From Octopus sinensis (Eukaryota), in assembly GCF_006345805.1 (NCBI RefSeq), contig NC_043007.1, positions 54,312,001 to 54,376,000 of the forward strand: 64,000 nt of DNA, written 5' to 3'. Below the pieces are notes generated by a model that searched no databases, was not told where the DNA came from, and saw only the letters and a program-made list of their open reading frames with translations. Below, one piece after another: positions 13,647 through 26,331 of this stretch (positions within the stretch are counted from its first letter, which is position 1; every line of letters begins with the position of its first letter). Made by a program: the position numbers and the translations under genes.

Positions 13647-14094
13647 TGTAGTAACGCCTGGTTCCAGACACCATTTTGGGATTTCATCCACGCATGCGCA
13701 GGAATTTGAGCCTTCCGGAAGGCCTGCAAGAAGCCCCTTATGCGCATGTGCAGTCATCATCAGCAGCTAGGCTTCACTGCTATTCTCTCGCTTCGGTCCC
13801 GGCTTCTGACCAGACAGGATGCAACTTAGACCAGTTCCGTGGAGCTAGAATTTTGACGGTGAGCGACGTTGTGAGTCTATGAAAATGCCTTCGTATTTTT
13901 GTGTCTAACCACTAACCTTGCGGCTTCCTTTCCAAGATGTCCAGGCTTCCGGTGTCCAGAGATGAAATGTTTATTCAGGCGAAATAAATTCTAATTGTTA
14001 TTTGTTCGGAGATTCTTGTTCCCGCTATTTTCCTTTCCACGACTATGTAAAGAATTGTGAACCTCACTTCCTTCAAGCTTTAGAAAGCTATAAC
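13647..14094 (+). mobile_element. LTR (family A), copy 2
   Basis: Purine tract gagggggagc then TGtagtaac; ends aaagctataac directly before a PBS-like tagtgacccgat. Confidence 0.7.
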
Positions 14095-14139
14095 TAGTGA
14101 CCCGATCATAGAACAACAGCTCCCATTATCAAAACAAAC

Positions 14140-14630
14140 ATGGCAATCAACAAAACAACACTGAGGCTACCACAATTCTGGCCTAAGAGGACCTTACTGT
14201 GATTCACGCAGATGGAACCCCAACATATAAACAAAGTAACGGCCGACCAGACAAAATGTTCGTACATTGTAGTGGAACTAGATGAAGATAGGGCAACAAG
14301 GGTGCTAAACATTTTAACCAAACCCTGACCAACGCACAAATACACCATATTGAAAAATAGGGTAGTGGATACATTCCGACACAGTGAACGAGAAGCAGCA
14401 GCCAAGATACTAGAGGAGGAATTTGGCGATTCTAAGCCTTTGGAACTGATGGACAAGGTATTGGCATTAGTTTTCCCTGGTGAGTCACCTTCCTTTTTGT
14501 TTAGGGAAATATTCCACCGCAAGCTGCCACCCCAGGTCCAGGCCCTCATAATTCAGACCGAAATCAAGGACCTGTGGCAATTAGTGAAGGCAGCTGACAA
14601 GCATTTTTTATCCAGTGGTCGGCCATGAGA
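14140..14630 (+). pseudogene. Gypsy gag remnant
   Basis: MAINKTTLRLPQFWP...TKCSYIVVELD...KYTILKNRVV...GDSKPLELMDKV. Confidence 0.8.
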
Positions 14631-14779
14631 CAGGCTACGGTTAAGCAAGATGACCTGTGCTTCTGCCATATAAAGTTCGTGAAAGTGCAAACAACCATGT
14701 AGCTTCGGGACCCCTTCACCAGGGAAACTCCAGGGCCGGCCGCCATTGAACGCCCTGGTGGTTGGTGGAGCTCCGGATG

Positions 14780-17640
14780 CAGGTCCCTAATCAACACAGA
14801 AGCAGAAGTCAGCGTAATCCTGGTGTTGGCAAGGGACCTCTGTCATGGAAAGTGAAGCCAAACTTTAATAGCTGCCAACAGGTCCACAATCGAGGCATAT
14901 GATCGCCGCACCCTTTCTCTCAACATCGGCTCACAAAAATACATACAGGCATTCACCATCCATCAGCCCATAATCGGTGCAGACTTTCTTTGAGCACACT
15001 TGCTACTGGTTGATTTGTGGGGAAGACGACTCCTTGAAAACGACACATACGCTTCCGTGTCTCTTGTAGCATCTGCACATGCCACCCTCCACATAACAAC
15101 CGTCTCGCAGGCCATGAACGAATTTTCGAATCTTCTTGTAAGTCACCCCAGTCTCACCACTCCGATATTCTCCAAACCTACAACCTGCCATGGGGTGCCA
15201 CACCACAACTCCACCACCAGGCCCCCCAGTGCACAGCTGTGCACATTGTCTATCATCAGACAAACATGCAATCGTAAAAGCCTAGTTCGACAATACGAAG
15301 ACATTGGACATAGTTCGCTGATCAAGCAGTCCCTGGTCCTAACCCCTGCGTGTAGCCCCCAAATCCAGTGGAGGTTATTGACACTGCGGAGATTATCGCT
15401 GTCTCAAAATAAAACCAACGCCTGACCACTACCCCATTTGGCACATACAGGATTTCTCAGCCCAACTAGCAGGGTGCTCGGTTTTCTTGAAGGTTGACTT
15501 CTTCCGATGATGCCACCAAATACCAATACAAGACAACAATGTACTGAAAACCGCTGTGATCACTCCTTTTGGCCTGTATGAATTCCTATATACAACCTTT
15601 GGACTGAAAATGCAGCACAATCCTTCCAACACTTGATGGATAGTGTGTGCAGTGTCTCAATTTTGTCTTTGCATATTTAGATGATATCCTTATTGCCAGC
15701 CAAAATGCGGAGCTACATAAGAAGCACCTAGTGACTCTTTTTGATAGGCTGGAACAGTAGTGTGGTTTAGTAATCAACCCTGTCAAGTGCATTTTTGATG
15801 TGACAGAAATCAACTTCTTGGGACATCAAATCACAAGTGCTGGCGCTAAGTCCCCCTGCCAGAAAAAGTGAAAGCTATCCCATCCTTTCCACACCCCACC
15901 ACAAGTATGGCTCTACATCAATTCGTGGACATGGTAAACTTTTACCATCACTTCATCCCTTCTGCAGTAAGAGTGATGAGACCCCTATACAAGGTACTGT
16001 TCAAAAAGATGGGTGGAGTGGGATAGTACAATGACTTCAGCCTTCGAATCCACAAAATAAGCCCTGGCTCAAGCAATCATGCAGTCCCATCCTCATATGT
16101 CAGCTTGGACTGTACTCACAGTTGACGCATTCGACACAACAATTGGGGGTGTTTTGGAACAATATATTAACAGTCAGTGGTGTCCACTTATATTCTTCAG
16201 TTGACAACTACGATCCTCTAAACATAAATACAGTGCTTTCGACAGGGAACTGCTTGCTGTCCATCTAGGTGTCCGCCACTTTTGCTATTTCCTCGAAGGC
16301 CACATGTTTACAGTATTCACAGATCACAAACCATTCACCTTTGCTAAGAGCAAACTCTCGGAGCCTTGGTCTGCACGCCAGCAAAGACAGCTATCGGCCA
16401 TTTCTGTGTACACCCCAGACATCCAACACATAGCTAGCAAGGGCAACCCAGTTTCCAACGCACTCTCTCATGCTCCTACCTGCTCTCACACCTACCTAGC
16501 ACCAATAACGGAAGGCCTGGATTACGAAGCTATGGCTGCAACCCAACAGACAGATGATGAGATCAGGGCCTACCACACTGCCACTTTCTTTGTAGGATGT
16601 ACACTTTGGCTCTAACAGCACAACCCTGCTGTGTGGCATTTCCACTGTGAAGTCACGACCGATCGTCCCATTGGCCTGGCGCAAGAAAGTTTTCATCGTC
16701 ATTCATGGACTTTCCCACCCAGGTAATGAAGCCGCTCAGCAACTGCTGTCAAGCAAATTTATCTGGCACAGTATGGTCAAGCAAATCGGGGACTGGGCCA
16801 GGACCTGCATCCCTTGTTAACAAGCCAAGGTCCATCAATACACCAAAGCACCCTGGGCAACTATGAACCACCTCAGGCCTGATTCAGCCATGTCAACATC
16901 AACCTTGTCAGCTCCCTACCTTCCAGGGGTGCTCATATCTACTGATCTTGGTAGACTGCTACACCCGTTGGCCTGATGCTATCACTCTCCGCAGCACAGA
17001 AACACAAAATATCAGCCAAGCCTTCATCGTTCAGGATCCACAATTCACCTCAAAGCTGTGGAATGACATGTGTAATCTTTTTGAAATCACAATGAACCGC
17101 ACAACAGCCTACCAGCCACAGGCCAACAAATTAGTGGAGAGATTTCACCGCTGCATGAAGGAAACCCTGACAACCAGACTTAACAGGCCTAATTGGATAG
17201 ACCAAATCCCATAGGTGATACTGGGAATCCGCACCACCCCAAAAGAAAATCTCAACACTTCCTCCGCAGAAATGATGTATGGTGCCCCTCTTACAGTGCC
17301 GGGAGAGTTCCTTCTGAATACAAAGTCAGATCTGGATGTCAAAAGGTACTTCACTCAACTGAGAGACAGCGTGGATAGTTGCACCCTGTTCGCATGTCGA
17401 CACACGGTGCACCCAGATCATCTGTACCAAATGACCTCTGCACGGCTAACTTTGTGTTCGTTCGATGTGACACATGATGAAAACCCCTCCAGTCACCCTA
17501 CGATGGTAGTCATACATCTGGTAGATAAAATATTCCACCTCCTAACTGGCGGACAAGACAGTTTCCATTGACAGATTAAAACTGGCCCATCTCGATATTG
17601 ACAGCCCTGTTCAGGTAGCCCAACCACCAAACAAGGGCTG
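14780..17640 (+). pseudogene. Gypsy pol remnant (protease, RT, RNase H, integrase)
   Basis: KTAVITPFGLYEF, FAYLDDILIAS, YSAFDRELLAV, FTVFTDHKP, HPG...C..C zinc finger, VDCYTRWPDAI, TTAYQPQANKLVERFHR. Confidence 0.92.
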
Positions 17641-18499
17641 CCCTAGGCAGATCAGACCAACCCATGACAAGGAACAGTCACCAAAGAATCGAGTAACTAC
17701 ATGCATGGGCAGGATAATTAAAACACCTTCCTAGTTCCAATGACAGTCAACATTTCGTGGGGTGGGGGAGCTATGTAGGGCAGGATTCATGACTGGTAAA
17801 CTGTAGACAGGAACTTGGCTGTGGGCTAGCTAGGGAGTTGGTCAGCAGCAAAAGGGACTTCTGGTTTGAGAAGAGAAACAAAATAATGTTAGCAGTGAGC
17901 GTTAAACGAATCTGACTTTTACTAAACAGAAATAACTGGCAACTGAAGCCCTGATGTACGTAAAGTAATAAACCTTTGATAAATATATTCTCATCTCTAC
18001 TAGTTTGTTTGTGTATAACTTAACAAAGCTATAACACACACACGCGCGCGCGCGTACTTATATTAATGATGTACACAAATACATGACAGGTGTACATAAT
18101 ACTGAAATACGCATAAAGTAAACACATGCAAACAAATATATTAATATAAATTTTTAAAAAATAATAAAAACATACGATTGATTAAGAGACAAAAGAAACA
18201 GTAAGATGATACATGTTGATTTTATTAGGCATTTCTGTTTATTTAAAATCCTACAATGAAGTGGTCATTTCATAGACGCTAAACTATAAATTTCTCAGGG
18301 TGCAACTTTAAAGTTGACACCACTCCGCTAAACGCAAAAAATTTCTGTCTTGCTATTAGCAAGAAATACACATTTTAAAAATTATTTTAAAACTTCTGTA
18401 ACGTTTACCTTCAATCTTTTTTTCTGTGCAACATCATACCTTTATAGCAATTAGACTGGAAATTATAGCAATTATAGCCGATTTTCAGATTTCTTACTG

Positions 18500-19440
18500 T
18501 TTTTAAAAAATCCATATTTTGCAAATGAAAATAACTAGATCCAAAATTTCAATGAGGGGATGAATTTGTTTGGTCTGCAATATATCCTCAGTATTAGGCT
18601 GCATGTTTTATAATGTAACCCTCATGTCATGGGCAACATCCAGTTCATTATGAGTCTTTGTTTTAATTGCGAGTGAAGTTGCAAAAGCTGTCTCACATTC
18701 ATACGTTGTTGCGAATGGAACAATGAATTTGCGGGCCAATTTGATGACATCTGGATAGGACTGTGTCATTTCAATCCAGAATTCACTGCAAGACATGTTA
18801 CAGAAAGCATTTTTTTGCACCTCCATCATTCAGCAAGTTGATGAACTGTTCTTGAATGACCTAATCTGATGGAAGGTCAACAACAGAAATTGCAAAGATA
18901 TTGGTGATGAAATGAACTTTTTCAAAGTTTTGTAGGTCGGGGAAGTATCTTTGAATTTCAGCATGAAGAATTAAGACGTGCTGTTTCATTATGTCGAGGA
19001 TGTCAGCATCAGCTCGAAGGCCATCTTCATCAAAGAAAGTATTGAAATGGTGCAAAATTCTCACATTCCAATTTAGAATGCCACAAATGGAGCTTCATTT
19101 TAAATGCAGTTATTATTTCATGACAGTGGACAACAGTGATGTCCTTTCCTTGTAGTGCTAAGTTAACAAAATTAACATTTAAAAATGTCGACCCAAAAGG
19201 AGAGACATATAAGGAACTGAGTATTGGGGGAACTGTCTGTGCAGTTTTTTTTATAGCACAACGAAGAAATTTGTGTATCTCCTTTTGTAGAATGAAGGCT
19301 CTTTTCAATACTCTCCTTTGGGATAACCAACTCACATGCGAGTACAGTAAAAGCATTTCAAAATCAGAGCCATTGTCAGCAAAAAGACACGAGTTTAGAG
19401 AATTGCTTTTGATATGCAAAAATCAACCTTTTTCTCTTAA
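18500..19440 (-). pseudogene. hAT (Charlie/Buster/SPIN-like) transposase C-terminal remnant
   Basis: LLLYSHVSWLSQRRVLKR; FWIEMTQSYPDVIKLARKFIVPFATTYECETAF (hAT dimerisation domain). Confidence 0.88.
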
Positions 19441-19892
19441 AAAAATTTTTTTTCAGTGGATTCTTATGTTTTCGATGACAAAGATTCTGAATATGCTAAA
19501 AATCATGTTTGATTCCCCACTCTCTACCCCATTTTAACTTTTACGAATTTTTTTTTCAATCTATGTGGCAAGATTAAGAATATGGAAAAAAAATTAATTT
19601 CAAATTTTCTATGAGAAAACTCCAAAATTGATTCATACATAACTCGCCACCCCATTCCGCTGTCTAAAAGTGAAAATGAACCGCTTGTGTGTTTGTGTGT
19701 GCACGTGCGAATGAACGGAGAAAATACACCGAAATATGTTTTACATACCTGTCGTACACGTCAGTTTTACTTTATCGCTTTAAAGGTAAACGGTCCTGAT
19801 AGAAACAAACATGATATTCAATAATATGTTTGTGTACTTCATTCAGAAAGAATAAAAACTTCATGGGACTCTGTCCATGTGGATCAGCGTAC

Positions 19893-19927
<35 letters not shown>

Positions 19928-20211
19928 GGAGTGCGAAAGAAAAACATTTACAGAAAGGTAATGTTAAAAATTCTATGAAAATAAGTTATATTTATATGCC
20001 ATATTTGTAATTCTCCACATAAATGATAGGAAAGTGGATATTGAATGCTGGTTCAGTGAATTTACGGAATTTCCCGAATGCCGTCACCTTCAAGCACAAA
20101 ATAAAAGATTGCCCTACAAATACCACACTACAAGTGAAAGAACCACAATTCACACTAATAGTTATTCACATTTCATTTACACCCTTGAATTTAAAGACTT
20201 GATACAACAGC

Positions 20212-20673
20212 ATGGCTCTCTGCAACTCTTGCAATATCAGCCTATATGAAGACATACTCCGTTTCCACAGTAATGATGATGCCTTTATTGCATTTTTAGT
20301 TGAACACGGCCTTCTGGTGCATACACAAGATTGTCTGAATTGCAATACCTCATGCATTTTGTGGCAAGGGACAAACATATGGCGCTGCCATGAGGTGATG
20401 CGACGATGTGGATGGTCTAAAAGGGAATGTGGATACTCCATATCTACATTTAAAGACACCTTTCTGGAGAGTGTCCATCTTCCGTCTAGGAAAGTTTTGC
20501 TTTTTCTGAACCACTTCCTCAGCACAGCTTAGTCGCACAAATCAATAGAGGAAAACCTTGGATTCTGCCATAAAACCTCTGTAGATTGAGATTTTCTGTC
20601 TGGAGGACTGCCCATTTTTGGACAAAAAAATCATCAAACTGTTATTGGAGGACCGGCAGTTGAAGTAGAAATT
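20212..20673 (+). pseudogene. Merlin/IS1595-like transposase N-terminal remnant
   Basis: FLVEHGLL..C..C...WRC...C..SISTFKDTFLESVHLP..KVLLFL, then TSVD* and TVIGGPAVEVEI, matching the IGG....VEID motif that precedes the first catalytic Asp. Confidence 0.72.
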
Positions 20674-22275
20674 GCCAACTGACAAAATTAGAACCCTTCT
20701 CCATGCTGGTCGTCTTCATTTAGCCCCGATCCTGAGGTCGCTAACTACTAATCTATGTTGTGGGGTGCATTCTTCACCCCACAATCTCACCAGACCAACC
20801 TTTCAATGTGCCAACATTAAGTGTACCAACCCTGAGGGTGTGGGAGGTGTGGGCCCATGAGACTCTGGGATGGGAGACAGCAGCGTCATGTACTTGAAAA
20901 GAAAGCTCGCAATTGGCAGAACTCATAAACATACACAAGCCTTCAACTTGCATACACTATACCATCATTTTTAGGCACTACATAATCACTACATTACATG
21001 GGAGATAAACCATAAGTAGGAATGGCGGAACATTAAGCCTTTGGACGTGTTCGTGGGAGAGACATCCGATAAAGGTCAGAGGATAGAGGTGGGGGTGGGA
21101 AGGACAGGTGCACCGCGAAACAGCAAAAACTCGGGCTGCCGCTGTGAGAGAATATTGATGTTAATAATGAGATAGAATTGGACATTTGAATTCTTAACTA
21201 GAGCTATAACCAAGAGTTTTCGGTCAGCCAACTGACAAAATTAGAACCAACAGTTTTCGGTCAGCGAAACTGTGACAAAATTAGATAAAAGAATGAATGA
21301 ATAAGTGACAATAATAAATGAGCGTGAAAGAGAGGGAGAAAGAGGGAGAGTTGGATCGAGCGAAGAGATCTTAAGTTTTATATATTTTTTTAAAACACAG
21401 CATGGAAGATGAAACTGTTTACTTAGATAATGAATAATACTTAGATAGAATAATGAAATGAACTAATATGGTAATTATGATCTGCACTGAAGAAAGAGGT
21501 TTTGACGTACTAGACTGAAAAACAAGGTTGTTTATCTGAACATTTTCCGATTTTCTACTACTTTTGGCGAGGTGTTAAAATATGAGGTAGGGAAATCCAA
21601 ATAGGAAGGGGTGTGCTGGGGAAGCGGAGGTAAAGTGTGGGGAGAAGCAAGTGGTTATCGAAAGAGAGAGAAAGAGAGACAGGGAGAGAGATAGAGAAAG
21701 AAAGACCAGAGTTAGGCTGGTCAAAGATAGAACACGTGGAGACAGAATTTTGGTATTTAGGGTAACATAATTTAACGAATGGGTTTAACATTGCCGCGTG
21801 TGTGTGTGAGCGTGCTTGTTCTTGTTTGTGCGTGTGTGTGTGTGTGTGTGTGTGCGTGCGTGCGTGCTTGTTCTTCTGTGTATGTGTGTGTCCTGTTTTT
21901 TTTGTATTTATATGTTGTGGAATGTAGAAATAACACACAGGGGAACACACACACCCACACAACACATGCACAAACAAGAACAAGCACGCACACAAACAAG
22001 AATAATAACGCGCGCGCGCACGCACGCACACACACACACACACACACACAGAGGAACAAGCACGCACAACCCATTAGGTTTCTCTTACCAACTGACAATT
22101 GACAAGACAACATGTGGTCACGGAAATGCCCGAATTCAATGTTTACATTATTTCGAGTCAAAACGAAAGATCGCCAAGAGAGGTTTAGATGTACTAGGTT
22201 GAAAAACAAGGTTGCTTATCTGAACATTTTCCGATTGGATCTTTTTCTTTTGAACGGCACATGTCAACACAATCT

Positions 22276-22908
22276 GGATCTTTTCATTTTGAAGGCCAGA
22301 TTTTTCAGGTTTTTCTAGTTAACTAAATAATTTGAAACTTCGTATACTGGTAGAATGTGTCAAAAGAAAACATTAATTTCAACTCGTTTTTTTGAGAAAA
22401 ATGTATTTTATAAGTTTAAACGTAGTTTAAATCTGCGAATTTTAACCAATCGTATTGTCTGTTTTGATCTGAAATTATTAGCTGCATAGTGTTACTGTGA
22501 CGTAGACAGCTATTTTGTGAACATTTTAAACAGCGTGGGTAAGCAGTAAGCAAACAGCTGTGGTAGATGTGGTTATCAAGGGGTTAATGGCAGGATAGGG
22601 ATTCAGCTTAAAAATAAATTGTATAACAAAAAATACATAAATAAATTACTGCTCCAACGATGTAATTTTAGTATGTGTGTATGTATGTATGTGTGTGTGT
22701 GTGTGTGTGTATGTATGGATCAAAACAGTTTGATTCAAATTCTGTGGTACTTATATATTCATACATACATATACATGTAGATGTATATAACATATATATA
22801 TATTGTATGTAAACATCTTTTATATATATATAATGTATGCATCTATAATACACACACATTATAAATATATACACATATATGCATATGCATTAGAATATGT
22901 GTGTATAG

Positions 22909-22940
<32 letters not shown>

Positions 22941-23494
22941 GCATATGTTTGTATACATGTGTGTGTAGCTATTTAGGATCTACACAAATTTTATATATAC
23001 TCCACGAAGTTTGAAAGTGTTTAGTTAGAAAAAATTATTTTTTAAATCTGTAGGTCAAAAGGTAAAGATCCGGTATTTTAAATTTTTGTGGCATTTCTAA
23101 TCTTTCTGATGTCTAAGGATGGATATTTATGTGTATGAATCTTTTTCTTTTTATTTTGTTTCAAATATAATTCTAGGGAACTGAAAAAGCTGCGTATGAT
23201 GCCAAGCGAATTTAGCTGTTTACGATAAGCGGATGTTTACATTTTAGCTATTTACATGTTTACGTTAACTACGTCACAAAATAGCTGTTTACGTCACAGT
23301 AACAATATTTTGAGAGGCAGAAAGAATACCATTGGTTAAAATTCAAAGTATTAAACAACGTTAAACTTAGAAATTACAATTCAGTTTTCATTTTGGTTTA
23401 CAATTATGTTTTCTTTTGACACATTCTACCAGTATACAAAGTTTCAAATTGTTTAGTTAACTAGGAAAATCTGGCCTTCAAAATGAAAAGATCA
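22276..23494. mobile_element. GGATC-family foldback element with ~240-bp inverted arms
   Basis: ggatcttttcattttgaaggccagatttt / aaaatctggccttcaaaatgaaaagatc; arms ~22276-22520 and ~23270-23494. Confidence 0.8.
22976..23071. mobile_element. 96-bp internally deleted GGATC-family MITE, nested
   Basis: ggatct...aaagatcc; flanks gctattta / ggtatttt (6/8 match); right part is the reverse complement of 12606-12680. Confidence 0.65.
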
Positions 23495-23984
23495 TTGCTG
23501 AATTAATGTCGATCAGAAAACAGCATTCACACGACTAAGGGATTTCTACCATGCTTTCATTACCACTTCAGACCCATGGAATATTTTAGATTTGCAACCA
23601 AATCTGGAGTTAACAGCCTGGACGTGTATTAAGGAATGGATTTTTGTCTTGCTATGTCCTGTTATCGTGAAAACTTATATCCATGATACCTGTTCATTCT
23701 CATTTGATCAAAGAAGAAATTCTCATGTTTGTTAACCAAAAACATTGCCTGCTGTGACCTTCATACAAAACATACACTTAAATGTTTCAAGCCTTCTGAC
23801 ATGCACAACACATCCAAATATCTTTCCTATAGTTTTAATTTTTCTCTTGTTACATTAATTTATTAATTAAATCCTCTTGTTACATTGGTGACCTGCTGAT
23901 TCTATTGGAATCTGCATCTTGATACGTATACTAATATGTATATACATATATACACACACACACTATATATATATATATATATCA

Positions 23985-24840
23985 TCATCATCATCATCAT
24001 CATGGGTTGGATGGTTTGACTGAGGTCTGGAGAGCCAGCAGCTGCACCAGGCTCCAATCTGATCTGGCAATGTTTCTACAGCTGGATGCCCTTCCTATCG
24101 CTAACCACTCTGAGAGTATAGTGGGTGCTTTTATATGTGTCACTGGCACAGGAGCCAGTCAGGCGGGCCTGGCATCAATCACGTTCAGATAGTGCTTTTT
24201 ACATTCCACCGGTACGGGGGCCAGTCTGTGGGTACTAGCATCGATCACGTTTGGATGGTGCTTTTTACGTACCACCAGCACAAGAGCCAGTCAGGGTGTA
24301 CTGGCATTGGCCATGTTTGGTTAGTGCTTTTTATGTGTCACCAGCACGGGAGCCAGTCAGGAGGCACTGGCCACAGTTATGATATTGGTTTTACTTGACT
24401 CAACAGGTCTTCTCAAGCATATCATATTGCCGGATATGCGTGGCTGTGATCTCACTTTAGTTGCTGGGTCTTCTCAATCACAGCATATCTCCAAAGGTCC
24501 CGGTCTCCTGTCATTGCCTCTGTGATGCCCAACATTCGAATGTCATGCTTCACCACCTCATCCCAGGTTCCTACCTTCTCCACAGGTTCCTTCTACAGTT
24601 AGGGAGTGGCACTTCCTCACACAGCTGCCTTCATTCATAAGTAACATATGACCATACCAGCGCAATCACTTCTCTTGCACATCGCATTTGATGATTCTTA
24701 TGCCCAACTATTCTCTCAGGGCACTTACACTCTGTTGTGTATGCACACTGACATTACGCATCCAGCAGATCCTACTAGCTTCATTTCTATCAAACCTATA
24801 CATGTCCTCAGCATTCATGACCCATGTTTCACTGTCTTGT
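23985..24840 (-). mobile_element. RTE LINE 3' portion (ORF end, UTR repeats, (GAT)n tail)
   Basis: Minus strand encodes LRWYGHM..MNEGSCVRKCH..VEGTCG; UTR repeats gtgccrgtg...aaaagcacc. Confidence 0.85.
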
Positions 24841-24959
24841 CACATGGAAGTTCACATACACACACACATATGCGCACACACACACGCATGCATATATATT
24901 CCTCCATGATAGATCGCTAGCCACTATACCATTTTCTATTTTCTCTCCCTGTTTATTTC

Positions 24960-25445
24960 TGTGTTCCATTCTGTCAAAGAGCAAAGGCTCAAAATGTAAA
25001 AGACCTTCTTAATTCCTGAGTGTTAAACTAATACATCTGTATTTTGTTTACACACCCGTCTTCGTCTTTTGTTATTTTGTAAATTCTCACAATATATATA
25101 TATATAATAATAATAATAATATAAATAATATATAAATATATGCATATATACATACATATACATACCTACATATATATGTATGTATACATGCATATATGAG
25201 TACAGGACATCAAAAAAACGTTGAACACAATGAGAAACAAAAACATAGAAACAAACTTTTTTTCGAACAACGAAAAAAACAAACAGAGAAACGAGACATG
25301 CAACATAAAGAATATTCCCCTTCTTCAGTTGTCCCTCTTTCATCTACTTCATGTTTTGAAGGCAAGGAAAAGACGTGACTTTGTTGAAACAGTTCTTTCC
25401 GCAAAGCAAATTAAATAAAATTTGGAATTTTTTGCAGAGGGTGAA
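24960..25445. mobile_element. Penelope-like pLTR remnant (family also at 50500-50760)
   Basis: Reverse-complement similarity to 50520-50720; embedded between TA microsatellites. Confidence 0.5.
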
Positions 25446-25446
25446 A

Positions 25447-25545
<99 letters not shown>

Positions 25546-25556
25546 ATATATATATA
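25447..25556. repeat. (TA)n microsatellite
   Basis: Direct reading. Confidence 0.95.
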
Positions 25557-25560
25557 GCAT

Positions 25561-26263
25561 AATTAAATCTCAGAATGAGATTGAAACAGTAATCACTCGA
25601 TAATGTAAAGTATTGAAGCCATCTTATCATGGCTAACCACATTGGGGAGGGGGTGTTACTGTAGCTTTATAGCCCCAAGAGATCGTCGTCTCTAGCTGGC
25701 TTTAGACACAATATCAGTGCCCTTGGAGTATTTGCAAAGGGAGGCCATCCCTTCCTCGCAAGCCTGAGTGATACGCTCAAACTAGTTTAAGGGCACTGAT
25801 ATTGTGTCTAAAGCCAGCTAGAGACGACGATCTCTTGGGGCTATAAAGCTACAGTAACACCCCCTCCCCAATGTGGTTAGCCATGATAAGATGGCTTCAA
25901 TACTTTACATTATCGAGCGATTACTGTTTCAATCTCATTCTGAGATTTGATTATCCTTACTGTTAGTTTTTCGACATCAGTGGCAGACGCCACTAGAAAA
26001 ACTTATATATTTGCAAAGCAGCCTTCACTTTCATCGCGACCTGGTGGTTACCGCCCGTTGACAAGGGACAAAACTCCCGAAACTATTTCGAGCGTATCAC
26101 TCAGGCTTGCGAGGAAGGGATGGCCTCCCTTTGCAAATACTCCAAGGGCACTGATATTGTGTCTAAAGCCAGCTAGAGACGACGATCTCTTGGGGTTATA
26201 AAGCTACAGTAACACCCCCTCCCCAACGTGGTTAGCCATGATAAGATGGCTTCAATACTTTAC

Positions 26264-26266
<3 letters not shown>
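25561..26266. mobile_element. PLE-type module: three pLTR copies, inverted plus tandem
   Basis: 25561-25723 is a near-perfect inverted repeat of 25789-25951; 26090-26266 is the reverse complement of ~25600-25780; carries a hammerhead fold. Confidence 0.8.
26052..26094 (+). ncRNA. Minimal type I hammerhead ribozyme, U3-A8 core variant
   Basis: cgcccg-TTGACAA-ggga caaaac tccc-GAAA-ctat-TT-cgagcg; the partial copy at ~25766-25787 (minus) has palindromic ctag in stem III. Confidence 0.75.

Positions 26267-26327
<61 letters not shown>

Positions 26328-26331
<4 letters not shown>

Larger units (their letters stand above)
14095..18036 (+). mobile_element. Ty3/Gypsy LTR retrotransposon, decayed
   Basis: PBS-like 14095-14106, gag, PR-RT-RH-IN order, PPT ggggtgggggagc at ~17759-17771, 3' LTR TGtagg...gctataaCA at 17774-18036. 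Confidence 0.93.

Noticed and set aside
21558-22209. Long ORFs of 100-170 aa here and in other microsatellite regions (e.g. 38538-38912, 42839-43192, 44159-44578)
   Set aside because: Translations of (TG)n, (TA)n or (TGTA)n repeats or antisense TE sequence; no domain signature
25350-25405. Three-way junction gaagg-caag-...-gaaa-cagtt-ctttc (also ~50500-50545)
   Set aside because: Core too short and non-canonical to call a hammerhead
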